The translations under genes and the position numbers were made by a program. From positions 1 through 43,587 of IMG/VR virus record IMGVR_UViG_3300012942_000015: DNA of 43,587 nt; one strand, given 5' to 3'. Shown piece by piece: positions 26,687 to 36,353 of this stretch. Source of the stretch: a virus (taxonomy: Duplodnaviria; Caudoviricetes). The notes below the pieces were generated by a model that ran no database searches, had not been told where the DNA came from, and saw only the letters and a list, made by a program, of their open reading frames with translations. Positions within the stretch are counted from its first letter, which is position 1. Each line of letters opens with the position of its first letter.

Positions 26687-27016
26687 ATGTCCCTGCTCAC
26701 GAACCCGAAACACTCCCTGACCGTCCAGCGGTACGCGAAGACGGAAGGAAGCATCGGGCAGAACGACTACAGCCCGGCCGGCGACCCGGTGACGGTGCGC
26801 GGCAACAAGCACCCGCTCACCGCCGAAGAGACCACAAACTACGGGCTTCAGAACTTCACCACCGTCGCGTTCCACTGTCTGACCTGGCCAGGTGACCAGC
26901 ACTCCATGATCAGCCTCGACGGCAGCGACTGGGAGCAGATCGGCGATCCGAAGCTCTACGGCATGTCCACCCGCACCCAGCACTACGAAGTGATCCTGAA
27001 GAAGCGAGGCGCCTGA
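26687..27016 (+). CDS. Head-to-tail stopper
   Basis: Synteny; WEQIGDP...STRTQH. Confidence 0.75.
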   Translation: MSLLTNPKHSLTVQRYAKTEGSIGQNDYSPAGDPVTVRGNKHPLTAEETTNYGLQNFTTVAFHCLTWPGDQHSMISLDGSDWEQIGDPKLYGMSTRTQHYEVILKKRGA

Positions 27017-27339
27017 TGGCCGAGGTCTTCGACTCCGTCACCCGAACCGTGTCGATCATGGCAGGCAAGAGCACAGTCATGGACTCCGTCGCCGACGAGC
27101 TCGCCGAACTCGCGCGCGGTTTCGCCTCCAAGCACTCGGGCCCGAACGACGCGTTCGTGCGCAGCATCCGCGTCCAGAAAGCCGGAAACGGCAAGGACCG
27201 GCTCGTCGTGGCCACCGACCCGCTCGCAATCCCGAAAGAGCTCGGGCACGTGGTCATCAGCCACGGCGAACTTGCCGGCTACGTGAAGGGGCAGCACAGC
27301 CTCGGCAAGGCCGTCGCCGCCATCCACGAGGTGTCGTGA
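27016..27339 (+). CDS. Neck / tail completion protein
   Basis: Synteny; DRLVVATDP..I..ELGH...VKGQH. Confidence 0.7.
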   Translation: MAEVFDSVTRTVSIMAGKSTVMDSVADELAELARGFASKHSGPNDAFVRSIRVQKAGNGKDRLVVATDPLAIPKELGHVVISHGELAGYVKGQHSLGKAVAAIHEVS

Positions 27340-27743
27340 TGATCGACCCCGAAGAGCTGCTCTACACGCTGCTGAAGCGGGGGAAGCCGGACGGGTCCAC
27401 CGTCGCACCGGAAACAGACCTCGACTCGATCGACTCGCTGCCGCTCGTGCTGTACGACGTCATCGGCGACGGCCAGGACGGCAACGGTCCCGGCCTGTGG
27501 AACGTCACCCTGAACCTGTCCGTCATCGGCGCCACGCTCGACGACGCACGCACGACAGCAAGAGCGTTCTATGACCTCGTCTGGTCCTGGAACGACGACC
27601 CAGAGGCCGCCACGGTCGACGGCGTCGGCACGGTGTCATCCGTCGCCGACGCATCCCTGTTCTCACGGCAGCCATCCTCGGACATCGCCGTGCACGACAT
27701 CACCCAGTACGACGGGTCCTTCGACCTGCAACTGCGCAACTAA
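27336..27743 (+). CDS. Tail terminator
   Basis: Acidic 135-aa protein just before the major tail gene. Confidence 0.7.
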   Translation: MMIDPEELLYTLLKRGKPDGSTVAPETDLDSIDSLPLVLYDVIGDGQDGNGPGLWNVTLNLSVIGATLDDARTTARAFYDLVWSWNDDPEAATVDGVGTVSSVADASLFSRQPSSDIAVHDITQYDGSFDLQLRN

Positions 27744-27798
27744 CCCATCCACCTCCTGCGCCCACGGGCGGGTCCGCGAAACCCTCATGGAGGCCATC

Positions 27799-28626
27799 AT
27801 GAGCGTCGACAAGACCGCTCTCATCGTCCCGGGACACGGGACGCTCTTCCTCGCCGACGCCAACACCGCGGTGCCCGACAGCCCGCTCACGGCTTTCACC
27901 CTCAAAGGCACCCCACCGGACGGGTGGGAGAACATCGGCCACACGTCCACCGACAACACGGCCGCGTTCAACCGCGACGGCGGCGACGCCACCCAGCTCG
28001 ACTCCTGGCTGGAAGACGGCGTCGAAACGATCTACGCCGCCACCAACTGGTCGCTGGGCTTCAACCCGATCCAGGTCGACAAGAACAGCCTCGACCTCGG
28101 CTTCAACGGCTGGGTCGACACCGACGGCGGCTACGTCATCCCGTCCACCTCCGACGGCCTCGACAAGGCGCTGTTCCTCCTCGCCACCGACGGCACCGGC
28201 GCGCTCGGGTTCTACATGCCCGACACGAACGTGAACATCGGCGACGCGCCCTCGATCGACAACGCGAAGTTCTTCGAGATCCCGCTGTCCGCGTCCATCC
28301 ACGCCGCCGACGAATCCGTCATCGCGTCGAACAACGGCAAGTCCGGACTCATGAAGGTCTACAAGACCGGCATGACCGCGCTGAAGCCGGCCATCCTCTC
28401 CGCGACGCCAGCAGCGGCCGCCGAGGGCGACCAGGTGCTCATCACCGGTTCGAGCTTCACCGGCGCCACCGGCGTCAAGTTCGGCGCCACCGCAGCCACC
28501 GACTTCACCGTCGTCAACGACGGCGTGATCGTCGCCGTGATGCCGGCCGGTTCGGCCGGCGCCGCAAACATCACCGTCACGAACGCGACCGGCACCTCGA
28601 GCGCGTTCACGTACACCCGCGGCTGA
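27799..28626 (+). CDS. Major tail protein with C-terminal IPT/TIG Ig-like domain
   Basis: GWENIGHTS...FNRDGGD; C-terminal VLITGSSFTGATGVKFG...ITVTN...FTY. Confidence 0.9.
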   Translation: MSVDKTALIVPGHGTLFLADANTAVPDSPLTAFTLKGTPPDGWENIGHTSTDNTAAFNRDGGDATQLDSWLEDGVETIYAATNWSLGFNPIQVDKNSLDLGFNGWVDTDGGYVIPSTSDGLDKALFLLATDGTGALGFYMPDTNVNIGDAPSIDNAKFFEIPLSASIHAADESVIASNNGKSGLMKVYKTGMTALKPAILSATPAAAAEGDQVLITGSSFTGATGVKFGATAATDFTVVNDGVIVAVMPAGSAGAANITVTNATGTSSAFTYTRG

Positions 28627-28640
28627 GCCGCACCCCGACC

Positions 28641-28679
28641 GCCCCGCCCTGCTCAGGTAGCGGACCGGCAGGGCGGGGC
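28641..28679 (+). terminator. Stem-loop after the major tail gene
   Basis: GCCCCGCCCTGC/GCAGGGCGGGGC perfect 12-bp stem; no U tract. Confidence 0.5.
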
Positions 28680-28711
28680 ACCCATCAAGGTCCGCTGAAA
28701 GCAGGTCCGCT

Positions 28712-29092
28712 ATGCCCAACGTCCCCGCACGCGCGAAGACGCCCACCGATCGTGAACCGAAGGGCGCCGCGCGCGTCCGCCCGGCCGAGCACCCCGACGG
28801 GTGGGAACTGCTGCGACCCACCCTCGACGTCGAGTACTGGGAACAGGCCGACGTCATGGCCGCCGCCGCCCGAGTGAAGACCCGCGGCGACCAGATCACG
28901 CTCACCGCCACGAACCTGAAGGTCATCGGCCAGCTCGCCAAGCTCCTGCAGGAAGAATTCGCGGTCGACTCGAGCGCGTTCCGCGAATGGGTGCGCTCGC
29001 ACGGCAGCTTCGAAGACGCCACCGGCCCGCTGCTCACCCTCGCTTTCGCGTACGTGACCGAACTGGGGGAAGCCGACAGCTCCGCGAGCTGA
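28712..29092 (+). CDS. Tail assembly chaperone (short form)
   Basis: Between major tail and tape measure genes; ends ELGEADSSAS. Confidence 0.85.
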   Translation: MPNVPARAKTPTDREPKGAARVRPAEHPDGWELLRPTLDVEYWEQADVMAAAARVKTRGDQITLTATNLKVIGQLAKLLQEEFAVDSSAFREWVRSHGSFEDATGPLLTLAFAYVTELGEADSSAS

Positions 29093-29463
29093 TCGACGAG
29101 CACCCGGACGAGATCCTCTTCGACTTCCAACACCTCCTGGGGCTCAACCTCCAGGACCTGTGGACCGGAGGACTCAGCGTCCGTCGCGCTCTTCTGCTCG
29201 TGGGGCAACTCCTCACGCACCCCGATTCACGGCTGCGCGCCGCGCACAGCAATGCTGCGCCGGCATGGCGGTGGCCGCCCGTGCCCGCGATGCTCGCCGA
29301 CCTCTACGACATGCAGAAGTCGCTCATCGCCGCGTTCGGCCGCGTCCAACTCACCGCCGCGGACCTGTATCCGCGGCCGCGGCTGAAGCCCGTCGAGCCC
29401 GAGAAGGTCCCGACGATTGCCGAGTTCGACGTCGCCGGGTTCATGCGACAGATCAACAGCTGA
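28712..29463 (+). CDS. Tail assembly chaperone, -1 frameshift long form
   Basis: Slippery GGGGGAA at 29065-29071; the -1 frame is open to 29463 (RQLRELIDEHPDEILFDFQ...). Confidence 0.85.
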
Positions 29464-29478
29464 ACAGAGGAGGGGCTC

Positions 29479-32238
29479 ATGGCCAAGAGCCCCGGCGGGA
29501 AAAGCGCCGGGCGCGTCTCCATCCGAGTCGTGCCCGACGCATCCCGATTCAAAGAGGACCTCAAGAAGTCCCTCGAACGGATCGAGAAGAGCACCCAGCT
29601 GCAACTGCCTCTCGCGCTCGACACGCGAGACGCCGAGCTCAGCATTCGGAAGTTCCAGAAGAAGTGGAACGGCGAAGACGTCACCCTCGACGTTGACGCC
29701 GCCACGGCTGGCGCGTCCGCCCACATCGCCGAGGTCACCCGCAAGCGGACCGCGAAGGTCGACGTCGACCTGACGAAGACATCGATCGCGAAAGCCACCA
29801 CACTGATCGCGTCGCTGTCCGGCGCCCGGGTCACCACCGACCTCGTCAAGGGGCTCAGCAGCCGGCTGCAGAACCTCGACCGGTCTCTGCCGAAGCTCGC
29901 GCTCGTCGTCTCCTCGATCGGGTCCATCGGCGCGATGGCTCTCAGCTCCGGTGCCGGGATCCTGACCATGGCCGGTTCGCTCGCGACCCTCGCGGCGCTG
30001 GCCGCACCCGTCCCCGGCCTGCTCGCCGCGGCCGGCGTCGCCGGCATTGCGTTGATCGTCGCGCTCAAGGACGCCAGCACCCAGCTCTCCTCGCTCAACC
30101 CGCTGTGGAAGCAGCTGCAGACCACGATCCAGAACAACTTCTGGGCCAAGGCGAAGCAGCCGATCCTCGACCTCGTCAACGGTGTCTTCCCGCAGCTGAA
30201 GAAGGGCCTCGGCGACGTCTCCAGCTCGCTCGGCACCTGGGCCGGCTCCGTCGCAGGATCCTTCCAGAAGGCGTTCGGCGGCAGCGTGCTCACCGGGATG
30301 ATGTCCAAGCTGTCGCAGGCCATCAAGAACTCGACCGCCGGGACCGACGCGTTCGCGTCCTCCATCGCGGCGCTCGGACAGTTCGGTGCCCAATACCTGC
30401 CCGGCATCGGCACCTGGTTCTCGGACATCTCGATCCAGTTCAACGGCTGGATCCAGAAGGTCGCCTCCGACGGCACTCTCCAGACCTGGGTGTCGAACGC
30501 GATGACCGTGCTGCAGCAGCTCGGCTCCATCATCGGCTCCGTCGTCTCCATCATCGGCAGCCTCTTCAAAGCCGCTCAGGCCTCCGGATCCTCCGGGCTC
30601 GACACGCTCACGAACGCGCTGCAGAGCATCTCCGACATCGTCGCGTCACCGGCTTTCCAGTCCACGATGACGACGATCTTCACAGGTGCCGCGGCCGGCG
30701 TGAAAGGGCTCTCCGCGGCGCTCGCCCCGATCGGCGGCATGCTCGGCGCGCTCGCACCAACCCTCAGCACCCTGTTCAGCGGCATCGGCACCACCGTCGG
30801 CGGCGCTCTCTCCGCGATCGCCGGCGCGCTCTCGCAGCCGGCGTTCGCCGAAGGTCTCACCGGCTTGTTCGCCGGGCTCGAGGCCGGCATCCAAGCGATC
30901 CAGCCGGCGCTGCCCGCCATCGCCACCGCGCTCGGCGCGGCCGCGCAGTTCGCTGGTGCACTGGCTGCACAGCTCGGGCCCGTGCTCGGTGCCGCGATGC
31001 AAGCGCTCGCGCCCGTCATCACGGGCGTGTTGCAGGCCGTGCAGCCGCTGATTCCCGTGCTCGGTGGGCTGCTCGTGCAGGGCATCCAGCTCGTCGCACC
31101 GCTCCTGCAGGGCCTCGCACCGCTGTTCGCCGCATTCGTGCCCTACATCACCGCGGCCGCGCAGGCGTTCCTTCCCTTCATCCAAGCGATCCTCCCGCCG
31201 CTGATGAAGCTCATGAACGCGCTCATCCCCATCGTGACCGGCGTGCTGGCCGCGATGCAGCCTTTGATCGCCCCGATCCTGCAGCTCGCGCAGGCGGCCC
31301 TCGTGCCGCTCATCGGCGTCGTCACCGCGCTGCTGCCGGTCTTCACACCGATCGTGCAGCTGCTCAGCTCGATCCTCCTGCCGTTGATTCAGATGCTGAC
31401 ACCCGTCATCGGGATGCTCGCGCAGGTGTTCCTCCAGATCGCGCAGGCGCTCGCCCCGATCATCGCGGCGATCCTGCCGCCGCTCGCGTCGCTGTTCCAA
31501 GCGTTGATGCCCATCATCTCCGCGTTGCTCGGCGACTTCATGGCGCTGATCTCACCGATCCTGCAACTGATCTCACCGCTGCTGCAGCTGATCGGGCCCA
31601 TCCTCAACCCGCTGATCAGCTTGTTCACCACGCTGATCACGGCCGTGCTGTCGCCGATCGCGCCGATCCTGAAAGCCATGCAGCCCGCGTTCTCCGCGAT
31701 CGCGTCCGTGATCGGTGACGTTCTGATGCCCGTCATCAAGACCATCACGACCGTGCTGAAGGGCCTGATCGACTTCCTCACCGGCGTGTTCACCGGCAAC
31801 TGGAAGAAGGCATGGAACGGGATCGTCGAGATCTTCACCGGAATCTGGAACGGGATCGGCGACATCGTCACCGGCGCCATCAACGGGCTGATCGACCTCG
31901 TCAACGGGCTCATCGGGTCCGTGAACGCGATCACCTCAAAGATCGGCATCCCGAAGATCCCGAAGATCCCGCACCTCGCATCCGGTGCCGACGTCGAAGC
32001 CACGCCAGGCGGCACGACCGTCGTGCTCGGCGAAGGAGGCGAGACCGAGACCGTCACGAACTACGGCACCACCAACCGGCTCATCGAGCTCGCGAACAAG
32101 CTCGCAGCCCGCGCCCTGTCGGCTGATGGTGCGCACGTCGACGCGCCCATCACGATCTACACGCCCGAAACAGACGGCCGAATCCTCGGCCGCCAACTCG
32201 GCGCCGAGCTCGAGCGTTCACTCGCAGGAGGAGTGTGA
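29479..32238 (+). CDS. Tape measure protein
   Basis: 919 aa; GRVSIRVVPDASRF start; Ala/Leu-rich with periodic prolines; FTGNWKKAW repeat. Confidence 0.95.
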   Translation: MAKSPGGKSAGRVSIRVVPDASRFKEDLKKSLERIEKSTQLQLPLALDTRDAELSIRKFQKKWNGEDVTLDVDAATAGASAHIAEVTRKRTAKVDVDLTKTSIAKATTLIASLSGARVTTDLVKGLSSRLQNLDRSLPKLALVVSSIGSIGAMALSSGAGILTMAGSLATLAALAAPVPGLLAAAGVAGIALIVALKDASTQLSSLNPLWKQLQTTIQNNFWAKAKQPILDLVNGVFPQLKKGLGDVSSSLGTWAGSVAGSFQKAFGGSVLTGMMSKLSQAIKNSTAGTDAFASSIAALGQFGAQYLPGIGTWFSDISIQFNGWIQKVASDGTLQTWVSNAMTVLQQLGSIIGSVVSIIGSLFKAAQASGSSGLDTLTNALQSISDIVASPAFQSTMTTIFTGAAAGVKGLSAALAPIGGMLGALAPTLSTLFSGIGTTVGGALSAIAGALSQPAFAEGLTGLFAGLEAGIQAIQPALPAIATALGAAAQFAGALAAQLGPVLGAAMQALAPVITGVLQAVQPLIPVLGGLLVQGIQLVAPLLQGLAPLFAAFVPYITAAAQAFLPFIQAILPPLMKLMNALIPIVTGVLAAMQPLIAPILQLAQAALVPLIGVVTALLPVFTPIVQLLSSILLPLIQMLTPVIGMLAQVFLQIAQALAPIIAAILPPLASLFQALMPIISALLGDFMALISPILQLISPLLQLIGPILNPLISLFTTLITAVLSPIAPILKAMQPAFSAIASVIGDVLMPVIKTITTVLKGLIDFLTGVFTGNWKKAWNGIVEIFTGIWNGIGDIVTGAINGLIDLVNGLIGSVNAITSKIGIPKIPKIPHLASGADVEATPGGTTVVLGEGGETETVTNYGTTNRLIELANKLAARALSADGAHVDAPITIYTPETDGRILGRQLGAELERSLAGGV

Positions 32239-32240
32239 CC

Positions 32241-33098
32241 ATGGCGACCCTCACCATCGCCGGCCTCGCCCTCTCCGGCGACAAGACGTCGACCACCGGG
32301 TTCTACTTCCGCAACCCGATCGACTGGGAGTCACTCACCGACTCCAAGTCCGACGTCAACGAACGCGCGCAAGCCGACGGCGCGTTCGGTGTCGCGGAGG
32401 ACTACCGGTCGTCGGCGGCGATCTCCGTCGACGGCTGGTACCGCGGCACCGATCGCGCCGACGCGCTCGCCGCGAAGACGATCCTGAAGGCGGCACTGGG
32501 GAAAGGGCTGCCTGCGACGGCCGTCATGGACGACATCGACGGCCGCCGCAGCAGAGTCGTCTCGATCCGCTCCCTGCCGATCGACGACAACCGCAAGTCG
32601 CGGATCTTCACTTTCACGATCCACATGATCGCCACCGACCCGCTCATGTACGGCGACACGATCACCTTCGACGCGGAACCGCGCGTCTCCGGGGGCGGCC
32701 TCCTGTTCCCACTCGGCACCACGGCCACGAAGTACTGGGACTTCGGCGCCGACGGAACCTCAGGCCGGATCACCGTCACGAATGCGGGTTCCGCGGCCAC
32801 CTGGCCGCGTGTACGCGCACGCGGCGGCATGGGGGAGGGGTTCATCGCCGCGTGCCGTGAAACCGGGGAGACGGTCGAATTCGACAGGCAGATACCTGCC
32901 GGATCCGAAGTCACCATCAACCAGCGCACCGGCACCGCGTCGATCGACGGTGAATCGAACGACGTGTCCGGGTTCCTCACCGGCCGCGACTTCTTCGCCG
33001 TGCCCGCGGGAGCGACCAGGAACATCCAGTTCACCGTGCTCGGCGCGAAGACGGGCACACCCGGGTTCTCGATCGACATCGCGCCCGCCTACCTTTAG
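32241..33098 (+). CDS. Minor tail protein (distal tail-like)
   Basis: First gene after the tape measure; ATDPLMYG and VTNAGSAATWP. Confidence 0.8.
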   Translation: MATLTIAGLALSGDKTSTTGFYFRNPIDWESLTDSKSDVNERAQADGAFGVAEDYRSSAAISVDGWYRGTDRADALAAKTILKAALGKGLPATAVMDDIDGRRSRVVSIRSLPIDDNRKSRIFTFTIHMIATDPLMYGDTITFDAEPRVSGGGLLFPLGTTATKYWDFGADGTSGRITVTNAGSAATWPRVRARGGMGEGFIAACRETGETVEFDRQIPAGSEVTINQRTGTASIDGESNDVSGFLTGRDFFAVPAGATRNIQFTVLGAKTGTPGFSIDIAPAYL

Positions 33099-33107
33099 GA
33101 GCACATC

Positions 33108-34025
33108 GTGACGCTGCGCAAGGGTCTACCCGCCAAGAACGCTGCCACCGACGCCGACGACACCCGGTACGACTTCCGCAACCTGTTCGTCGCGAACGCC
33201 GACGGATCGCCTCGAGGCGGCATCACCGCACCCGTGGGAACCGCGCTGCTGTCCTCAACCGACAGCATGGCGATAGCCGTTGCCGACTTCGCCGGGGCTG
33301 CGATCCGCGACGGGGGACCGGTACTGCTGGCCAACGACGGCACGACGAACGTCACACTGGACCCTGCACCGTCGTCGCAGTCACGCCTCGACGTCGTCTT
33401 CGCCGTGCAGCACGACTCGTCCTCCACCGTGTCCGTCCCGGACGACGACGACGATCCCGTCTTCGGCGTGCTCAAGGGCGTCGCTGCGGCGAACCCGGTC
33501 CGCAACCCGGACGGGCTCCCCGCCGGCGCGCTCGAGCTCGGCACCGTGCTCGTCCCATCGACCGCGACAACCACGAGCGACACCGGGGTCGTCATCACCA
33601 CGACCGCACCGTACACGGCCGGCGCCGGCGGGAAGGTCCCCTTCCGCACCTACGACGACCTGCAGCTGTGGACCACCGCGCAGACCGGCCAGAGCGCTTG
33701 CGTCACGAACGATTCCACCGCAGCGTTGAACGGCGATTACGTGTGGTCCGGCAGCGTGTGGGGAAAGCGGCTGCAGGGCGGAACGGTTCAGGTGAACCTC
33801 AACGGAGCCGCGTCGAACAACAACACGGCCACCGTGACCGTCACGTTTCCCGTTCCGATGGTCGAGGTGCCAAGCGTTAGCGTTCAGCATCAGAGCGCCA
33901 ACATTGGCGCCACATGGAACGTGTACAGCGTCTCCACTACGGGCTTCACCCTCACCGGCCACAACGCCGGCGCGTCGTCGCTTCCGTCGGCGGTAATCAC
34001 GGTGGGTTGGATCGCGATTGCCTGA
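33108..34025 (+). CDS. Minor tail / receptor-binding protein with switchable C-terminal domain (variant A in place)
   Basis: N-terminal LDPAPSSQSRLDVV...LPAGALELG; C-terminal VTFPVPMVEVPSVSV...STTGFT...VGWIAI resembles H-type lectin / gp53-like domains. Confidence 0.85.
   Translation: MTLRKGLPAKNAATDADDTRYDFRNLFVANADGSPRGGITAPVGTALLSSTDSMAIAVADFAGAAIRDGGPVLLANDGTTNVTLDPAPSSQSRLDVVFAVQHDSSSTVSVPDDDDDPVFGVLKGVAAANPVRNPDGLPAGALELGTVLVPSTATTTSDTGVVITTTAPYTAGAGGKVPFRTYDDLQLWTTAQTGQSACVTNDSTAALNGDYVWSGSVWGKRLQGGTVQVNLNGAASNNNTATVTVTFPVPMVEVPSVSVQHQSANIGATWNVYSVSTTGFTLTGHNAGASSLPSAVITVGWIAIA
33729..33762 (+). repeat. Left 34-bp inverted repeat of the invertible tail segment
   Basis: AACGGCGATTACGTGTGGTCCGGCAGCGTGTGGG; exact reverse complement at 34323-34356. 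Confidence 0.95.
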
Positions 34026-34053
34026 CGGCGCAGGACGGCTCAGGACCGAGCGG

Positions 34054-34356
34054 CTACGCAGGAGTGGCGTACCAGTTCGTGTTGATCGCCGACGGATACG
34101 ACGCGATCCGCACGACGCGGAATGTGAAGCCCGTTTTGGTGACCGTCGCGAGCTGCGCCCACTGCACGGCGCTGCCGCCAACCTCCTCTAGCTGAACGAT
34201 CGGCGGCGCAGGGTACGCGATCGGGAACGTGACCGTCTGCGTGTCCGACCAGTCCAGGCCGCTCGACGAAGACCCCTGCGCAGGGTTCGCATTCGTGTAC
34301 GTCCCATGCACCAGCACCGGGACCCACACGCTGCCGGACCACACGTAATCGCCGTT
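34054..34356 (-). CDS. Silent alternative C-terminal cassette (variant B) of the tail protein
   Basis: NGDYVWSGSVW-VPVLVHGTY...QTVTFPIAYPAPPIVQL...TKTGFTFRV...NWYATPA*; same domain pattern as variant A; in frame after inversion. Confidence 0.88.
   Translation of the reverse strand, partial: NGDYVWSGSVWVPVLVHGTYTNANPAQGSSSSGLDWSDTQTVTFPIAYPAPPIVQLEEVGGSAVQWAQLATVTKTGFTFRVVRIASYPSAINTNWYATPA
34323..34356 (-). repeat. Right 34-bp inverted repeat
   Basis: Exact reverse complement of 33729-33762. Confidence 0.95.
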
Positions 34357-34374
34357 ACCGGACCGGAGGATGCC

Positions 34375-35592
34375 ATGACCCGCTACATCATCGGCGACGT
34401 CCGCACCGGCCGACGCATCCAGGATCTCAACGTTCTGACCGGCCCGTGGGACGACCCGCTCAACTCGGCCGAGACCGTGACCGCGACCATCGACCTGAAC
34501 GACCCCGACATGCGCGCCCTGAACCTGCGCGCGTCGGCGACGCCGGCGAAGAGCTTCCTCGTCGTCGTGGAGAAGAACAAGGTCATAGGTGGCCCGATCT
34601 GGACCCGGAAGTACGACTGGGGCAAGAGGCGCCTGCAGCTCGGCGCGAAGGGATTCGCGTCGATCTTCGATCACCGGCTGATCATCCCTCTGCTCGCGGG
34701 CACGATCGACGTCGACGATTGGCTCGTTCCGGACCCGAGCGATAAGACGAAGACGATGGCGAACCCGGATCTCGCCACAACCGAGTCCGGCCTCTCGTAC
34801 GGGACCATCGCGAAACGGCTCGTGCAGCAGTGCCTCGACTGGACCGGCGGCAACCTGCCGGTCGTGTTCCAAGACGACGCAGCGGGCACCCACAGCGACA
34901 CCGTCGAAGGCGTCGACTTCAAGTTTCTCGGCGACAAGCTGCGCGACATCACCGCGCTCGAGAACGGTCCTGACATCAACTTCCTCGGCCGCTTCACCGA
35001 CGACAAGCTCGGCATCGAGTGGCTGATGCAGACCGGCAGTGACGAGCAGCCGCAGGTCTCCTCACCGTCCGTCACCCGATGGAACGTGACCGCACCGCTC
35101 AGCCCGGTCTCGAACCTCGTCACCAATGAGGACGCCACCGCGATGGCCTCGATCGCGTGGGGATCCGCCGGGCGCTCCGCCGACACCGTGCTCGTCTCCC
35201 GCCAGATCGACGACACGCTCATTGACGCCGGCTACCCGCTCATGGAAACGCTCGACACCTCGCACACGTCCGTCGAGTATCAGTCCACCCTCGACAAGTG
35301 GACGTCGGAGAACCTTGTCGCTGGCCAGCAGGCGCAAGAGACCTGGACTTTCGATGTCGAGGCGTACCCGGTCGATGAGAACGGAAAGCCCGCGGGCCCG
35401 CAATTCGGGTCCTACTCCAAAGGCGACTACTGCGAGCTCGACATCCAGAAGTGGGACCCCGAGACGAAGATCGGCGATCCCTACTACGCCGAGGGAGGCA
35501 CGAAGCAGATGCGCATCATCGGGCTCTCCGGCGACGAGAAAGCCAGGACGATCACCGTCAAGACCGCACCCGTGCCCGTAGGTGCACTGTGA
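34375..35592 (+). CDS. Minor tail protein
   Basis: GGAGG RBS; GGPIW and ENGPDINF motifs of actinophage tail proteins. Confidence 0.85.
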   Translation: MTRYIIGDVRTGRRIQDLNVLTGPWDDPLNSAETVTATIDLNDPDMRALNLRASATPAKSFLVVVEKNKVIGGPIWTRKYDWGKRRLQLGAKGFASIFDHRLIIPLLAGTIDVDDWLVPDPSDKTKTMANPDLATTESGLSYGTIAKRLVQQCLDWTGGNLPVVFQDDAAGTHSDTVEGVDFKFLGDKLRDITALENGPDINFLGRFTDDKLGIEWLMQTGSDEQPQVSSPSVTRWNVTAPLSPVSNLVTNEDATAMASIAWGSAGRSADTVLVSRQIDDTLIDAGYPLMETLDTSHTSVEYQSTLDKWTSENLVAGQQAQETWTFDVEAYPVDENGKPAGPQFGSYSKGDYCELDIQKWDPETKIGDPYYAEGGTKQMRIIGLSGDEKARTITVKTAPVPVGAL

Positions 35593-36353
35593 GCGGCGGC
35601 TACCCATCCGGCAGCAACGACCCACTGATCGCGCTCACCAGCGAGATCCGCAAGCTGTGGGCCGCGATCCGCGACCTATCACGCCCCACCGGCACCTCCG
35701 TCGCGTCACTCGTCGATCAGGTGCAAGCCGCGCTCGCGAACATCAACTCCACCGTGCAAACCGCGATCGCCGCGAACTCGTACACGAAGTCGGAGATCGA
35801 CACCAAGATCGCTTCGCCTGGCGACATCACGCCGGGGAACGTGACCGCTTCCGGGAACCTGATCTCCTCAGGGCAGGTGCAGTCCAACGGGTCCCCGCTG
35901 AAGTCGCTGCCGTCGCACAACTACAACATGAACGTCGGTTCCTGGGTTGCTGGATGGATCGACGGCGACGGCACCTTCGGAACATCCGCGTCTTCGGTCC
36001 TCTTGAAGACCGGGCTTGTGCAGATGGCAGCCGATGATGTCGCGAAGCTGCTCACGATCCCGGCGTACTGGGGACGGTACGTGTGGGACGATGCCGACTC
36101 GCCGTTGAAGGTGTTCGTGCTCGCGGAGGACGTTCATGCGGCTGGGTTCGGCCCCGACGTGGCACCCACCACGTCAGAGGACATGCTGCTGACCATGCCG
36201 GATGGGTCGCCGATTCTCGACGATGCCGGGAAGCAATGCGTGATCCCTGCCGGCGGCGCGTGGACCGTGAACTACTCGCAGCTCGTCGTCCCGCTCCTGG
36301 CCGGATTCCAGGACCTGTGCACGCGCGTGACCGCGCTCGAGGCTAAGGCTTGA
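35589..36353 (+). CDS. Minor tail protein with peptidase S74-like chaperone C-terminus
   Basis: SASSVLLKT...LAEDV...VNYSQLVVPLL...LCTRVTALE. Confidence 0.75.
   Translation: MSGGYPSGSNDPLIALTSEIRKLWAAIRDLSRPTGTSVASLVDQVQAALANINSTVQTAIAANSYTKSEIDTKIASPGDITPGNVTASGNLISSGQVQSNGSPLKSLPSHNYNMNVGSWVAGWIDGDGTFGTSASSVLLKTGLVQMAADDVAKLLTIPAYWGRYVWDDADSPLKVFVLAEDVHAAGFGPDVAPTTSEDMLLTMPDGSPILDDAGKQCVIPAGGAWTVNYSQLVVPLLAGFQDLCTRVTALEAKA

Noticed and set aside
29065-29071. Frameshift as a novel recoding event
   Set aside because: Standard tail assembly chaperone -1 frameshift.
30700-31970. Repetitive sequence in the tape measure gene
   Set aside because: Ordinary tape measure periodicity.
19316-32196. 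Long minus-strand ORFs over the structural genes
   Set aside because: Expected antisense shadows of high-GC genes; no start signals or coupling, unlike the 735-2507 region.
33108-34356. Diversity-generating retroelement template/variable repeat pair
   Set aside because: No reverse transcriptase; the repeat is short, exact and inverted, with no adenine-specific differences.
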